From Vicugna vicugna (taxonomy: Eukaryota), in the NCBI GenBank assembly GCA_013265495.1, contig MU057847.1, positions 77,875 through 141,874 on the forward strand: a DNA stretch of 64,000 bases, given 5' to 3'. This document shows positions 1-14,150 of this stretch, one piece after another (the stretch's first letter is position 1; each line of letters starts with the position of its first letter). The position numbers and the translations under genes are program-made. The notes under the pieces were generated by a model that saw only the letters and a program-made list of their open reading frames with translations, had not been told where the DNA came from and searched no databases.

Positions 1-261
1 AGCTCTGTCATTTTTTAAAATAGTTGGGGCAAGGGTAAACTTCAGCTGCCTGTGCTCGTCCTGTGCTGTGAGTGATGGCTCTCTCAACTCATGAGACTTT
101 GCTCAGTTTTTCAGAGGTCCAACCAAGGCTCCATCTTAATGGTAAGTGAAGAGTCTAAAACGAAGAGCAAATCATGTAGGAAAAAACTATGTGTGAGATA
201 TATTTATATCTATAATTAATTATTTTTAAAATATTTTAATGTTGTTTATATATTTTAAAAA

Positions 262-382
262 GTTTTTGTTGGAGGGAAGTGATTAGGTTTATTTGTCTAT
301 CTTAATGGAGGTACTGGGCATTGAACTCAGGACCTTGTCCATGCTAAGCACATGTTCTACCACTGAGCTATACCTTCCCCCC
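262..382 (-). mobile_element. tRNA-derived SINE (camelid Vic-1-like)
   Basis: ATGGAGGTACTGGGCATTGAACTCAGGACC...CTACCACTGAGCTATACCTTCCCC is the reverse complement of a tRNA-like head with A/B boxes plus an A-rich tail. Confidence 0.85.
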
Positions 383-428
383 TTACATCTACATTTATAT
401 ATTTCTTTCTATCTATCTACCTATCCAC

Positions 429-473
<45 letters not shown>
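429..473. repeat. Compound (CT)n(CA)n microsatellite
   Basis: Direct reading. Confidence 0.95.
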
Positions 474-479
474 TCAATC

Positions 480-1200
480 CTCTCCAGCAGCAAGGAGTAA
501 TTCACACTGTGGGAAACCATGGCCGTCTCAAGAAGAGGGTTTAGAAAGTACTTACAGGATAAACAACAAGTTTCTTCTGTATTATAACACAGGGAACTAT
601 ATTCAATATCTTGTAGTAACCTATTTCTTGTAGTAACCTATAATAAAAAATAATATGAAAAGGAATATATGTAGGTACATATATGACTGAAACATTATGC
701 TGTGCACCAGAAATTGACTCAACATTGTAAGCTGACTATACCTCAGTAAAAAAGGAAAAGAAAGTGCTTACACGATATGGGCTTGTGTTCTGTGATTTGA
801 GGAGGATGTAAGGAAACCAGGTTTAGCTCTAGATTGGCTGCTATCAGGAAGCAAGGCCACTTCCATGACTGGATATTTGAATAAGTTTTATCCAGAAGGA
901 GGGCAGATTAGAGAATGGCTAACACTGTATTGGTTAACAATTGTAATTGGCAAAGTAGCGGCAGCCACTCGTCTTAGCCAGGAGAGGGAGATGTTTGGTC
1001 ATTTCTGTGGTTTGGACAGTGGTCCGTGTTTTGCCTGGGTTCAGACATGATTAAGGAGGGTTCTTATTTTTGTCTTGGTCCATCACCCTCACAGAGTGCC
1101 TTATCTGATGTTACTGTTCCTGAAATTGCTTACATTCAACAGGAGAACACCAAGGTCTGGCTGTGAGTACAGAGCCGGCTCCTGGGTGGCAGGGGATACG
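480..1200 (-). mobile_element. Old ERV-type solo LTR relic, interrupted by an L1 3' end
   Basis: Resembles MER-type LTR sequence; a related stretch lies at ~56290-56400. Subfamily and strand are uncertain. Confidence 0.45.
557..758 (+). mobile_element. 5'-truncated L1 3' end
   Basis: CACAGGGAACTATATTCAATATCTTG...GCTGTGCACCAGAAATTGAC...A-tail; TSD AGAAAGT(A/G)CTTACA at 543-556 and 759-772. Confidence 0.85.
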
Positions 1201-1277
1201 TCTCCCTTTCTTGATATATTGTATTATGTTATAATATATCATATCAGTATTATCATATCATATTATAACCCACCATA

Positions 1278-1594
1278 TAATGGCCCTCCACATCTGCAGG
1301 TTCTGCAGCCACAGATTCAACCAACCGTGGATGGAAAATATTCAGGAAAAAAATTTCAGAAAGTTCCAAAAAAGAAAAACTTGAATTTGCCAAGCTCCAG
1401 GCAACTATTTACATAGGACTTACATTGTCTAGGTGTTATAAGCAATGTAGAGATGATGTAAAGTGTATGGGAAGATGTGCATAGGTTATATGCAAATACT
1501 ATGCTGTTTTATATAGGGGACTTGAGGATCCATAGATTTTGGTATCAGTGGTGGATCCTGGAACCTACCCTCAGCGGATACCAAGGGACGACTG
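1278..1594. mobile_element. Tigger3-type (TcMar) non-autonomous DNA transposon
   Basis: GGCCCTCCACATCTGCAGGTTCTGCAGCCACAGATTCAACCAACCG...GGATACCAAGGGACGACTG matches the Tigger3a/b pattern. Confidence 0.8.
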
Positions 1595-3389
1595 TGTATA
1601 TATATACATCATATTCCCGTAACCTAGAGGCAACTACTATTAATGTTCTTCCATCTAGTCATTTCTTCAGTGCTCAGGTTTTCATTTGTTGGTCTACTTT
1701 GCATAAAGACTTTAAGCCTGCTATTTGACTACTTTAGGAGACACTGATTTTCCCCTTTGAGACATCCACCAAGTTAGGACACTCACTAGCACACGCTTAC
1801 TGTGAGTCTTCAGGCCTGCCCTCATCCCGGTATGGTCTTTCTCCCTTCCAAGCTGCCCACCTCTTTATTTCCATATCCATGAAAGGCTTCTTTTCACTTG
1901 AGATTCACTGTGAGAACACCAGAGGGCGCACCCGCTCCTGGGGCGGGGGTGCATTTTGGCAGCTGAGGGGACCTAGGTTGTCTCTACCACACACAGGAGA
2001 AAAGGGCCTTGAACTAAAGGAAGGATGGAAGTTCAGCTTTAGCAAATGAGAGGGCAGGTAGTAACCCTGAAATCATGCTGCACAGATTTTAGGCCACCTG
2101 GGTTTCTGGGTAAGAGTTGGGGGACGCCCAACTTGATGGAGAAGACATTTGACACTTAAACATGTGGCCCAAATTGGGGTCTTGATCACCCCCTGGCTCT
2201 TTATCTCATCTGCATCTTACAGCCTGTCCTCAGGGAAATGGGAGCCTAACTACTGTGGGTGAGCCAGTCCCGAGGATGCAGGGGGTGTCTGGAGAAGACT
2301 CCTTTGGACTCTTTCTCTAGAATGCCTTCCCTGACCTCTCTGTTGGACGAGGCTCTCCCTATTATAGTCTCCTTTAAGCAAGTCCTTTGGGACCAGACTA
2401 GACCTGAGATCTTAATCTGGCTATACCAAGCTCCTTGGCCTCTCTGAAGCTGTTTCCATATCTTTAAAAAGGGGCTAAACGTAGTACCCTCTTTGTAAGA
2501 TGTGTTGTGAAGATGAGAGAAAACATCTGCCTAGTTCCTGGCAAATAGTAGATACTGGAAACATGGCAACTCAGCCTGCTTGCTCTGCCTGGTTGCACTG
2601 AGCTCTCAGCAGTGGGTAAGAAGGGTGAGGAATGTGCCCTGACAAGATGAGGTGCCCACGAAGGCCAAGAAGAGGAGATTTCCCCTTCTGACCCATTATC
2701 CTCCATGCCCATCCTCCCTCAGCTCAGAGCTGGTAGACTCTCCCCCAGTCAAAATCTACTCTTAAGTAAGATTAGGGCTGGAACAGGGAGTCTGGCCTTA
2801 AGCCGGAGGACTGAAAGTCTAAGGGGGAACATCAAGCATCCAACAGTGGATGAGAGAGAACTGGATGGGGAGGATTCACCTCCGTGTCCCTGAAACCCCA
2901 GCCCACTCTACACACAAGAAAAAAGGGAGTTTTGGTCAGAAGGCATTGTTGAGGAAGTCACATGGTCCTAGTAGGACCCAGTCTTTTCCACTGACGTGCC
3001 ACCAAGGGGGCTTCCAATCAGACTTTTGGTTAAAGAGTTAATGATCTGTAAACAAATTCATAAATGTAGGCTGGTCTTTCAAAGATCTTTAAGGACACTC
3101 CTTCTGTAATCCCAACTTCTAATTTGCCTAATTTGTACTTCCGATAAAAAAAAAAGCCCTTGCAGAGTCCCTTCCCCCTCTGCCCTCCTCCTGCCCCCTC
3201 TATTTAATACAGCCTAAGTCTCCCAGACTCAGAAAGTCACCCCAGCCACAGGCCCTCTTATATCCCTGCCGCAGGGCTGAGTCAGAGGCTCCCTGAAAAC
3301 AGGGGGCAATGTCTGGTTTTAATAGTAGCTACATATCATCAAATGCTTTCTACATGCTGGGCATCGTGTTTTGTCTCTCTCCTTTTTTT

Positions 3390-4200
3390 CCCCCAAATTT
3401 TAAAAAAATTTGGGATCAGTATAGATTCACAGGAAGCTGTGAAGATACTACAGAGAGTTCTTGTGTATCCTTTGCACAGTTTATTCCCATGGTGAAATTT
3501 TATATTACTCTAGTACAATATCAAAACCAGGAAATTGACACTGGTACAATGTGTAGTTCTATGTCATTTCATCCCAGGTGTAACCACCACCACGATCAAG
3601 ATACAGAACTATTCCATCACCGCGTACATCTCCCTCTAGATACCCCTGTGTAATCACATCCATTCACTCCCCTATCCCCCAATCATCCCTAACCCCTGAA
3701 AACAACCCATCTGTTCTCCATCTCTATAATTTTGTCACTTCAAGAAACTTATATAAGTGGAACCATACTGTATATAGCTTTTAGAGGTAGACTGATTTTT
3801 TTGATATATAAAAAGCATAATACATCATGACCAAATGTGATTTACTCCATGCATGCAAAGTTCGTTTGGCATTCAAAAATCTATCAATATAATTCAAGAC
3901 GTTGACTTTTTCCACTCAGCATAATGCCCTTAATCTCCATCCAAGTCATTGCATATATCAATAGTTTGATTCTTTTTTTCTGTAAGGGCTAGTGCTTTTT
4001 ATTTAAAATAGTTACAATGTGTCAATTTCTTGTGTACATCATAATGTTTCAGTCATACATATACATGCACATATTCGTTTCCGTATTTTTCATTAAAGGT
4101 TACTACAAGATATTGAATATAGTTTCCTGTAGATGACTAGCGCTTTTGGTGTCACATTTAAGAACTCTACGGAGCCCTCAGTTCTGAAGCTTTTCTCCTA
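3390..4200 (-). mobile_element. Old L1M 3' region with nested younger L1 pieces
   Basis: L1M 3'UTR motifs; a young L1 tail at 4000-4136 with TSD CTAG(T/C)GCTTTT; a + strand ORF2-like piece at ~3805-3895. Confidence 0.75.
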
Positions 4201-4219
4201 TGTGTTCTCATCCCCAATG

Positions 4220-4990
4220 GAGAGAATGGGAACATCTCCTCCCTTCCCTGAAGCTCCATAGCCGATCCACAGCAATGTCCTGTCGATTTCACTTCCTGAC
4301 TGTGCCGGGACTCAGTCCACTATTCTCCATCTTCACCATCTGCACTAGGTGAGGCTTCCATCATCATCTCCCACTTGAATGCCTGGAGCAGCTTTTCAAC
4401 TGTCTCCCCGTTTCCACTCTCAGCTGCCCCCTGAAGCCAATGCAAACCTGATTCTGTCTCCTGTCAGGAGTCCTTCAGTGGCTCCCCAAATTTCTCAGGC
4501 TACAATCCAAATCCTTCTCATGGCCTGTGAGGCCCCGTCTGTCTGGTCCGTCCTTGCCTATCCCCCAGAGCTCATTTGAGCCTCTCTCTTCCTAGTTCCC
4601 TCCGCCTCAACCCCTGGCCGGCTTCCTGTTCTTTGAAAGTACCACACCGCCTGGCCTCTGGGCTTTCATGTGTTGTGTCCTCTGTGAGACGACGCTTCTT
4701 CTCCCTCCTCTCCACCTCACCAAATCCTGCTCATCCTTCAGGTTTCAGCTTTCAATGTCACCTCATCCAGGAAGCCTCCCCTGACCTCTCCCTTGAATGA
4801 GGGCCTCCTTATCAAAGCATTTAGCACAATTGTAATCAGTGTTATTCATGAAAATAATTCATCTCTGTCACTTCCATTGATGTGACCACTGCTTGCTATC
4901 CAGTTCACCTTTGCACCTCCAGCTCCTGGAGAAGTGCCAGCTTTTTGTGGCTGGTCAGCAGATTCTCCCCGAGCCTATGGATGAAGGAAA
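4220..4990 (+). mobile_element. L2 fragment
   Basis: Pyrimidine-rich L2 3' motifs (AATCCAAATCCTTCTCATGGCC, AATGTCACCTCATCCAGGAAGCCTCCCCTGACC). A second L2 end with a (GAAT)n tail lies at ~5395-5545. Confidence 0.75.
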
Positions 4991-7409
4991 GTAGAACCAA
5001 CTGGTCCTGAGTTACTGTGACTTTAAAAGACAGGGAGGGACTTTATGACACTATTGGGAGGAAAAGATTACTGAATGACACACTGACTGAACAGCTGGTT
5101 GTTCAAGAGGCCTCCTCGCTGCAACCTCACCCCCCTTTTTCTTCCCTCTTCAAACCTTCCTTTATGGATGAGAGGCCCTGTGAAGGGAGAAGGTTTTTAT
5201 GAGGTGCTAGGGACCCATTTTTGAGCCTTCTATGTCTGCAAAATGTTGGCAGTTTCCTCAGGACACTTAGATTTCAGGTTTGGCAGCACAAACTGGAAAG
5301 CATCTGTGGATCTTTAGGAGGTGGGGTGTGGCCTCATGGTAAGAGAGAGGCCTCTTTCCACTCCCCTATCTAAAGGGGCCCCCCTCCCTTGCTCCCCCAT
5401 GAGGCTGTAAGCTCCAGCAGGGTGAACAGCCTGCCTTGTTCACCATGGTATCTCCAGTGCCCAGCACATAATAGGTACTTCATACATATTTATTAAGTGA
5501 AGAAATGGGTGATGAGTGAATGAATGAATGAATGAACAAATGAATGGGTAGTTGAGTTGCTGAAGGTCCAGCAAGTTGCCTGGAAGCCAAAACGGCTCTT
5601 GTCCTTGGACCTCTTGCCTCATGTCTTCTCTGGGAGCTCTGCTCTGTCCCCTTGTCCCAGACCAAGAGCAACTGGAGGGCAGGAGCAGGGGTCCCCGTGG
5701 AACAGCATGGGGCCACACTCGAGGCCGTCTTCGTCCTCATCCTTGTCCTTGGGAAGGGCTTGCCGAATGACTTGCTGATTGCTTGACCCCTCACTGCAGC
5801 TCCCCCACCCCCACTCCTCCATTCAAACCTTCCTGGCCTCAGAGCTGCTCACTGCTTTCCAAGTTGGCAACCTACAAATGGATGAACTAATCCCAGCAAA
5901 TAGCTTCCGGTTCTCCCTGTCCCCAGCAGCACTTGCGTTTTCACATTTCAGTCTTATCATCAGAGACCTGGTGGGGGAAGAGATGGGGTCCTTGGGGAAG
6001 CATCCAGAACCCCGTGGGAGGGCGCTGCTACCCTCCCCGCCCCACTCCCACCCCAGGACACTCTGGGCCTTCGGGGACAGATAAGAAGAAAGGCGCCCTC
6101 CCTACCCCACCCCAGCTATTGCCACTGAGGGTAGGTTGGAAGACGTGCCTGGGAAGGCCTTGGAGAGCCTCCTATGGGAGGCACCCTCTCGGGAGAGACC
6201 CAAACCCCAAACTGGTTTCTCTGCCTTTAAATAGGTCACTGAAAGCTCTGAGCTGGAAGGGAGGGAAACCACCTCCCCGGGCAGCTTCCCCCAGAGACTC
6301 CCAGGCCGCTGTGAGAGCAGCTCCTGCAGGTCGCAAGCGGTGTGGAAAGGCCTGGTGAGGCCAGGCCACAGTTCCCTCAGGAAGGGCTCCAGGTCAGGGC
6401 GGCGAAGAGCTGCACTTCCCTTGTCTGTGCTTTTCCTTTTGGCCACCACCCCTGCTGTGGGAAATGTTTGGCCCAGGAGTTTGGCCCCAGCTGTGCCACT
6501 GATTCATTCGCTGCTGCGTGAACCTTGGGTGGGTCTCAGCCCCGTCCAGCTTTAGGGTTTGCAAATGTAGAGTCAGGATGCTCCCTGTTATACCTGCCTT
6601 AGGCAGGTGATGGGGAGAGATGGTGATAATGGAGAGGAAAGTTCTTGGTCAAAGTGAGAAGCTTTTCTTCTCTCTCATCATCTCTGGTTCCTCCATCTGG
6701 CAGCTGGCCTGGCCCACGGGCCCTGGCTCTCCAGACCGTGATGTCTTGGGGTGGAGATTGGCCCGGGGCAGGGAGCGCTCTACATGAGATGCTAGAAGGG
6801 CTCTTCAAAGTCTCACCTCTGTCCTGCTGGGCGCTGAACCTTCCTCCCCCCAGCCCCCATTGGACCTGACTCCCCTACCCCCTACCACCTCCTACACCTC
6901 TGTTTTAAGCATTCTGCTGTATTTATCATTGATAAGCACTGAATAAACACCTCTGAGGCAGTGATACAGGCTAAGCCACGGGGATACAAGAAGGCCTAGG
7001 ACACAGTCCCTTCCTCCAGCCAGTAGTGATGAAGACAAGAAAGGAGAGAGAGAGGGAGGAAGACCTTCCTTTTTGTGTACTGCTTTACAACTTACCAAGT
7101 GTTTGCACATTTTCATTTAATCTTCAAATTTATCTACAGTCATGAAATGGAGTCTCAGAGGGGCCAAGCCATTTGTCCAAGGTCACAAAGCATATTAAGA
7201 CCAAGCCTCAAGGTATCCTGATTTTAAATTCAAGGCAGTTCTTCTATAAAACGTTGCCCGTCCATGATCTCCAGGAAGCTCCTGTTGAGATAATGGGAGA
7301 TGGGGATAGTTTCAGTGCCTTGACTACCCACTAATACCTCATGTGGATTACTGTAGCAGGGCCCAGGAGAAGGGGATAAACAGAGGAACAGAAGAGTCTT
7401 TTCTTTTTC

Positions 7410-9855
7410 CATTTAACTTTTTATTTTTAAAAATAGCTAGGTTGACATGCTCTTGTAAGAAATAATACAGAGAGATCCTATGTACCCGTTACCCAGTTAC
7501 TCCCAATGGTACCATCTTGCAAAACTATACTATAATGTCACAACCAGAATATTGATGTTAATGCAGTCAAGACACAGATGACTTCCATCACTACAAGGAT
7601 CCCTCCTTTTGCCCTTTTACAGCTACACCCACCTCCCTCCCACATCCATTTCTATAATTCTGTCATTTCAAGAATGTTATCTGAATAAAAATCATATAGT
7701 CTAACTTTTCGGGATTGGCCCCGTTTCACTCAGCATGATTCTCCAGAGTTTCATCCAGGTTGTTGCATGTATCAAGACTTGATTTTTTTTGTGGCTGAGT
7801 AGTATTCCATGGTATGGATGTTGTCAGTTTGCTTAACCATTTACCTGTTGGAGGAAATCTGGGCCGATTCCAGTTTTTGGCTATTAGGAATAAAGCTGCT
7901 ATCAACATTCATGTACAAGTGTTTGTGTGACCGTAAGTTTTCATTTTTCTTGGATAGATGCCCAAGAACATAATTGCAGGATCACATGGTAGTTGCATGT
8001 TTATCTTTTTAAGAAACTGCCAAACTGCTTCCCTGAGTAGCCATCCCTTTTTACATCCCCACCAGCAACATACAAATGGCTCCATTTCTCTAGATCTTCA
8101 CCAACATTCGGTGTTGCCATTATTATTATTTTTTTCTGTTTTAATCTTTCTGGTAGGTATCTCATTGTGGTTTTAGTTTTCATTTTCCTAATGGCTAGTG
8201 TTACTGAACATGTTTTCATGTACTCATTGGCCATCTATATATCCTTTTAGGTGAAATATACGTTCATGTCATTTGGCCATTTTCTAATTGGATTGTTTGT
8301 TTTTCTGAGGTTGAGTTTGAGAGTTCTTTATATATGCTGGATACTAGTCTTTTCTTGGACATGTGCTTTGCAAATATTTTCTCTCAGTCTCTAGCTTGTC
8401 TTTTCATCCTCTTAACAGAAACTTTCACAGAGCAAAACTTTTTACTTTGATGAAGTCCACTTTATCCTTTTTTTTTTATGGATCATACTTTTGGTGTCAA
8501 GTCTAAGAACTTGCCTAGCCCTAGATCCTGAAGATTTTCTCCTATGGTTTTCCCTAGAAGTTTTTTAGTTTGACGTTTTATATTTAAATTCATCATCCAT
8601 ATTGAGTTAAACTTTTTTTTGGCCTATGGATGCTTACTTGCTCCAGCATCATTATTAACAATCAGTTTGGGCCTATTTGTGCGTCTAGTTCAGGGTTCTC
8701 TGTTCTGTTCATTAATCTATGTGTCTTTATCAATACACACTGTAGCTATATAGTAAGTCCTGGAATCAGATAGACTGATTCTACCCACTTGTTCTCTTTC
8801 AACATTGTTTTATCTATTCTAGTTCCTCTGCTTTTAAATATGAATTTTAGAATAAGCTTGCTGGATTTTGCATTAAACGTATACATAATTTGAGAGAGAA
8901 ATGACATTTCTACTAGGTTGAATCTTCTAATTCACAAACACTCCTATGTCTCTCCATTTATTTAGATCTTCAATTTGTTTCATCAGTGTTTTGTAATTTT
9001 AGGCAAACAAGTGCTGTATATATTTTGTTAGACTTATACTTAAGTATTTAAATGTTTTGACCGATTGTAAAAGGTATTGTATTTTGAAATGTTTGTGTCC
9101 ATGCATTCATTGCTAATGTACAGGAATATCATGGATTTTTCTCTGTTGATCTTGTATCTTGCGACCTTGCTGAACTCATTTATTAGTTCTAGATATTTTT
9201 TGTAGCTTGCTTGGGATTTTCTATTTAGACGAGGATGCCACCTGCAAATAGGGACAATTTTATTTCTTCCTTTTATATCTGTTTGCCTTCCCATGTGGTA
9301 GAGCCTCATTACTGTGGGGCAGCAGTGAAATTCCTCATTTTCTGCTAGGCCTCCTCTGACACCATCCTGGTGGGACGTAGGGGAACCCCTGACAACCTCA
9401 TGAGGGTGGAAGTGTGGGCTCCCCTCTAGGCCTTTGCTGTCTTCAGTAGGGGTGGGGCCATAGGTTTTCTGTGGTATCTGGCTGGAGTAGAGTATTTATT
9501 TAAAATTTGCGTCTGTCTTATGGCTTCTCCCTTTCCTGGTCCTTTGGCTAGGGACAGCAGGCTTTTCTCAGGGCTTTTTTGGACTGTGTCTCTTGTCCTT
9601 TCTCAGTTGTTGGCTTCTTTAGCCCAAAGTCTGAGATATGTGAGGCAAAAAGAAAACCCAGGGAGCTCACCACCATTGTTGCTCCTCTGTCCTCACGCCT
9701 CTGGTCTGCCTTCTTCTCTCCACTTTTGAGTCTTCATTAGCAGCACCTCCTTCTTCTTTTTTTAGTATATAATGATTAGCATTCTTATTTGTATTTAGTG
9801 GGAGGATCGGGGAAAAGTACATCTGCTCCATCTTCCCAGAGGCGAAAGTCTCCAC
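7410..9855 (-). mobile_element. Old L1MC-like element (3'UTR, ORF2 remnants, upstream remnant)
   Basis: The ORF track gives ORF2-like peptides (IAALFLIAKNWNRP; LELINEFSKVARYKIN); heavily disrupted. Confidence 0.85.
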
Positions 9856-10943
9856 AGGAAGGTTTTGTTTGGTAAAGAGGCAGGAGAGAGAGGAAGAGAT
9901 CTGGAATTCAGGTTTTATAGCCCCGCCTCAGTATGGTGGGTCTGCTTCTGGGCCGGGTACCATCATGGGTGCAGGTTAAAGTCATCCCAATTGTCCTGGT
10001 TGCCTGAGGTAAGAGGTATTGAGAAGGATGCATTAAAGGGGCAGGTGGGAGGCCCCAAAACATGGCCCAGACCCTAGTTATCCAACTGAATGGTGCTGAG
10101 GCTTCAGAAAGCCTGAGCAGGCACCACAGCAGCCTTGGCCAGGATTTCCGAGTGAACTGGCCAGATTCCCAGCAGCCTGTAGGTGGCACCTGGCATCAAG
10201 GAATTCAGATGTGGGTCTTCCAGGAAGCCCAGTGACTGTGGCCATGGCTGATTGCTCCCAAGTGTGAGCTCAGCTGATTCAACCAGTTCTCCTTCCTCTG
10301 AGTCCACAAGGCCCTGCAGTATTGAGTTTCTACCTCAAAACACAAAGACTCCCCTGGACTTGGCGTGTCAGTAAGTGAGAGGTTCTCATGACGCATTCTT
10401 GGGTGCCTAGTGGACAGGAAGAAGAAATAAAAAATTTCAGTTTTTATAAAGGTTTGTTTAAGAAAAACTCTGGTTCACTGAAGAGTAACTCACTGAGCAT
10501 CAGGAACCTTTTCGTCCCAGCCACTGTTCATTCATTCATCAGATGTCATTGTGTTCCAAGCACAATTCTAGGCACTATGGATATAAAATAGACAAAATCC
10601 CTTCTCTGGGGGAACTTTCCAGTGGAATTAGTTTTTGAAATCTTTCCCTTCTCGGTGAATAAAACTTCCCCATAAGGGGCTGGGGCAAGCCAGGAGAAAA
10701 TTGCTGGTTATTTGACATCACTGGTCAAGATAGTTTTAATTCACTGAGGTTCAGATCTAGCTCCAGAGTAAATGAAATATTTTTATATTTCAGTCTGAGA
10801 CTTTATGACAGCACATCTGTGCCTTTTCAGTGCATTCCTGACTTAATGCTCATAATAAAACCAGTGTGACCTCCCTGTGTGCACTACAGTTAGCAATAAA
10901 GATTTGAGAATCAGAGCAAAGCTAATCTAGAATTGTTGTGTTT

Positions 10944-11560
10944 TTAAAGGAGCAGTTTTATTTTTATTATTTTGATTCCCCCCTGGTTTTATTGAGATAT
11001 AGTTGACATGCAGCACTGTATGAGTTTAAGATGCACAGCATAATGATGTGACTTACATAGATCATGAGATGACTGCCATGATAGGTTTACTGACCATCCA
11101 CCATCTCATATAGATATAAAACTAAACAAATAGAAAAAAATATTTTTCCTTGTGATGAGAACTCTTAGAATTTACTGCTTTAACAGCTTTCATATATAAC
11201 ATACAGCCGTGTTAATTATATTTATCGTGTTGTACACTACATCCCTAGTACTTAGTTATCTTATAACTAGAAGTTTGTACCTTTTGAGTAGCTTCATTCA
11301 GTTCACTGTCCCCCCACCCCCTGCCTCTGGTAGCCACAAATCTGATCTCTTTTTCTATGAGTTTGTTTATTTGTTTGTTTTTAAAGTATAATTGACCTGC
11401 AACACTCTGTTAGTTTCTGGTACACAACATAGTGATTCAGTATTTCTGTACATTTCAAAATGATCACCATGAGAAGTCTAGCTGTCTTCTATCATGATAC
11501 AAAGATATTACTTAATTACTGACTATATTCTCCACACTGTCCATTTCACAACTGCGATCA
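10944..11560 (-). mobile_element. L1 3' end with tandemly repeated 3'UTR unit
   Basis: Poly-T start, L1MA-type 3'UTR motifs occurring twice; TSD AATTGTTGTGTTT at 10931-10943 and 11561-11573. Confidence 0.85.
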
Positions 11561-13090
11561 AATTGTTGTGTTTAAAATTTATCACAGTGATCTCCAAAGG
11601 ATACGAATGCCATCTGCCTAAGGAAAAATGGAATTTGCTGCGTTTCTTGCCCAGCTCTGTGCCTTCCCTTATAGCCCCACATTTACAGCTGGATCCAGAT
11701 GGCCCAGAGGAATCTGCTGCTTCGCTAACATGTGAGTTCCTGGTTCTGCCCCACAGCGTGGCTATTGCTTTGGCATCTGGCCTCAGGCTCAGGGTAGAGA
11801 GGCAGCGATGTGAAAAAGGATCCAGAGACAATGGACTGTGCGGCGAGCAGTAAGTTGGTGGCCGAGTAGTTCATCAGGGAACCACTCAAAAGGCAGAGCC
11901 CTGCTCCGTTCCCGCAGTGGTTGTGTGGCTGGGGTGCTGAGTGCCCCGCTGTCATGCTCTCTGTAAGTCTGGCTTAGAATGCACATGCCACCATTTCCCA
12001 TTTGTGGTTTCTCACAACTGAGCTTTATCCTCAAAGACAGCCAGAGCCTGCCCCTGAAGCCCTGGGCCCTGGACTGAACAATGGGACCCTGAAAACAACG
12101 AGGCCAGAGTCACCCAGACGGACTATTGTTGGAGAGAGATTAATGGGCTCTTTGGGCTCTGGGCCACACACAATTTGTTATCTGTTGAACCCCCACTCGC
12201 CAGGCCCCAAAAGCCTGCGGCTCTTTGCAGATGTGGTCTCCAGGGTCCCAGAGGAATGTGGCTGTGACTAAGGGCAGTGACTCTGGCAGTGGGGTTGGTT
12301 TGCTGTGTAGCTGGACTTGTCCTGAGCTTGGTGGTTACTCTCTCCTTATGGTTTTTTGTTATGTCCACTGAAGAAGGTTTTGTTTTTAGTTTTAAAAATT
12401 CATCCAAGAGACACTCAAGATTCTATGTAGGCAAAAGCAAATGCTCTGTGTTGCTTATTTCCTAGGAGTTGTGGAGATTCTTTTGGTCTTGTATGTTAAG
12501 CTGGCATTCATATTAAGTACCACACACAGAAAAATCAAAATGAGCAGGATGTATGTTTAAGAGTAGATCACAGGGCCCCGTTTACAGTAATGCAGACTGG
12601 TTGGACTTCAGAGGGCATCCTTAGAGGGTTGGACTGGTTAAAGATGCCTTAATCCTGTTCCGGATAGAAAAATTGTTTACAGAAACAATCAAAGTTATTA
12701 GAAACAAAACTAATTAAAGCAAGAGAATAGAGAAGTAGGTTTCAGGAGGAGACCATCTCTTCTCCATTTACAGCTAGTGTGAGTCTTCCATTTGGAGAAT
12801 TTGAGGGAGGGAATAATTGCCCCTTGACCACAAGGGACTGAATCAATGTCATCCATCAGAGTTTAAGTCATTGCACTTGAAGTGCTGGCCGATGGATGGC
12901 TGGCTCTGGGCGAAGATTGGGGTGAGGGGATCACAAGTCCACAGTCACTTGCCTTCCAGCCTAGTGCACGTCCACATGGAACTTAGGGGACTGGCTTGGT
13001 TTGTATTGCAGCCATCCAAAGAAAACAGCATTAATGAGAATAACATGTGCTGAGTACTGCCTCTGTGCCAAGGAGGGCTTTACCTAGATA

Positions 13091-13432
13091 TAAGCAAGCC
13101 TCAAAGATATCTCTCCTTCGGCTGGAGACCACCACGATAAAGTAAGTATCGCAATAAAGCGACTCACACAAATTCCTGGGTTTCCCAGTGCATGTAAAAG
13201 TTATGCTGACACTCTACTGCAGTCTATTCAGTGTGCAATAGATTAGTGTCTAAAAACCAATGTGCACCCCTTAGCTGAAAAATCCTTTATTGCTAAAAAG
13301 TGCTAACCATCAGTGAGCCAATGCTGTTGGAGAAATGACGCTCATAGACTTGCTCGATGCAGGGTTGCCACAGATCTTCAATTTGTACAAATCACAGTAT
13401 CTGCAGAGCACAAGAAAATGAGATCTGTCTGT
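13091..13432. mobile_element. Tigger1-derived internally deleted element, inserted in a MIR
   Basis: Both Tigger1 ends are joined (GACCACCACGATAAAGTAAGTATCGCAATAAAGCGA... and ...ATAGACTTGCTCGATGCAGGGTTGCCACA...), with TA at the flanks. Confidence 0.8.
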
Positions 13433-13909
13433 AATCTCATTTAAACTTTATGTTAATACTCTGAGTGAGGGACCATGGTCAGCCCTATCTTACAAAGAAG
13501 TTACAGTGACAGAGGGACCCATGCTGGAAACAATGAGAGTGTGGCTAGGCCAGCTCTGCAGATTGCTGTAAGTTTAGTCACTTCCAAGCAAAGGCCACAG
13601 TATTTTGAGGGACCCATGGGAGGGGGCCACTTCAGTCTTCATAGGCACAAAGAAAGTGAAGGGGACTGTTTGCAGATGTTTGTATATAGGCAGTGGTGTC
13701 ACTCCTCAGCCCCACCCCCATAGTCTTCCATACAGAGAGCCTTCTGGTGATTATTCTGGTGTCTTTCTTGATGACAAATCTCATCACCAATTGTTAGCTG
13801 TAAGAATTACATTCCTTTTAAAATCCACTCAGGAAACCTCTTTCTTATTGCAAGCTGTAGATTGCAGGGAAGCAGTCTTGTTCATGGGTTGTCTGCTACA
13901 TTTAAGTTT

Positions 13910-14150
13910 CTCTTTTTTTAATTTTAGTTTTTACTGAAGTGTAGTTGATTTACAATGTTAATTTCAGTTATACAGCAAAGTGATTCAGTTAAACATATAC
14001 ATACATATATATTTTTTCTTTTTGGATTCTTTCCCATTATAGGTTATTACAAAAAATTGAATATAGTTCTCTGTGCTATACAGTAGGTCCTTGTTATTTA
14101 TCTATTTTATATATAGTGTGTGTGTCTGTTAATCCCAAACTCCTCATCTA
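13910..14150 (-). mobile_element. L1 3' end
   Basis: TGAAGTGTAGTTGATTTACAATG...CTGTGCTATACAGTAGGTCCTTG; TSD-like AAGTTT(C/A)TCTTT. Confidence 0.85.

Noticed and set aside
262..382. tRNA gene interpretation of the SINE heads (also at 41.3, 54.8, 57.8 and 62.7 kb)
   Set aside because: They have A-rich tails, several have TSDs, and the stems are degenerate: SINEs, not tRNA genes.
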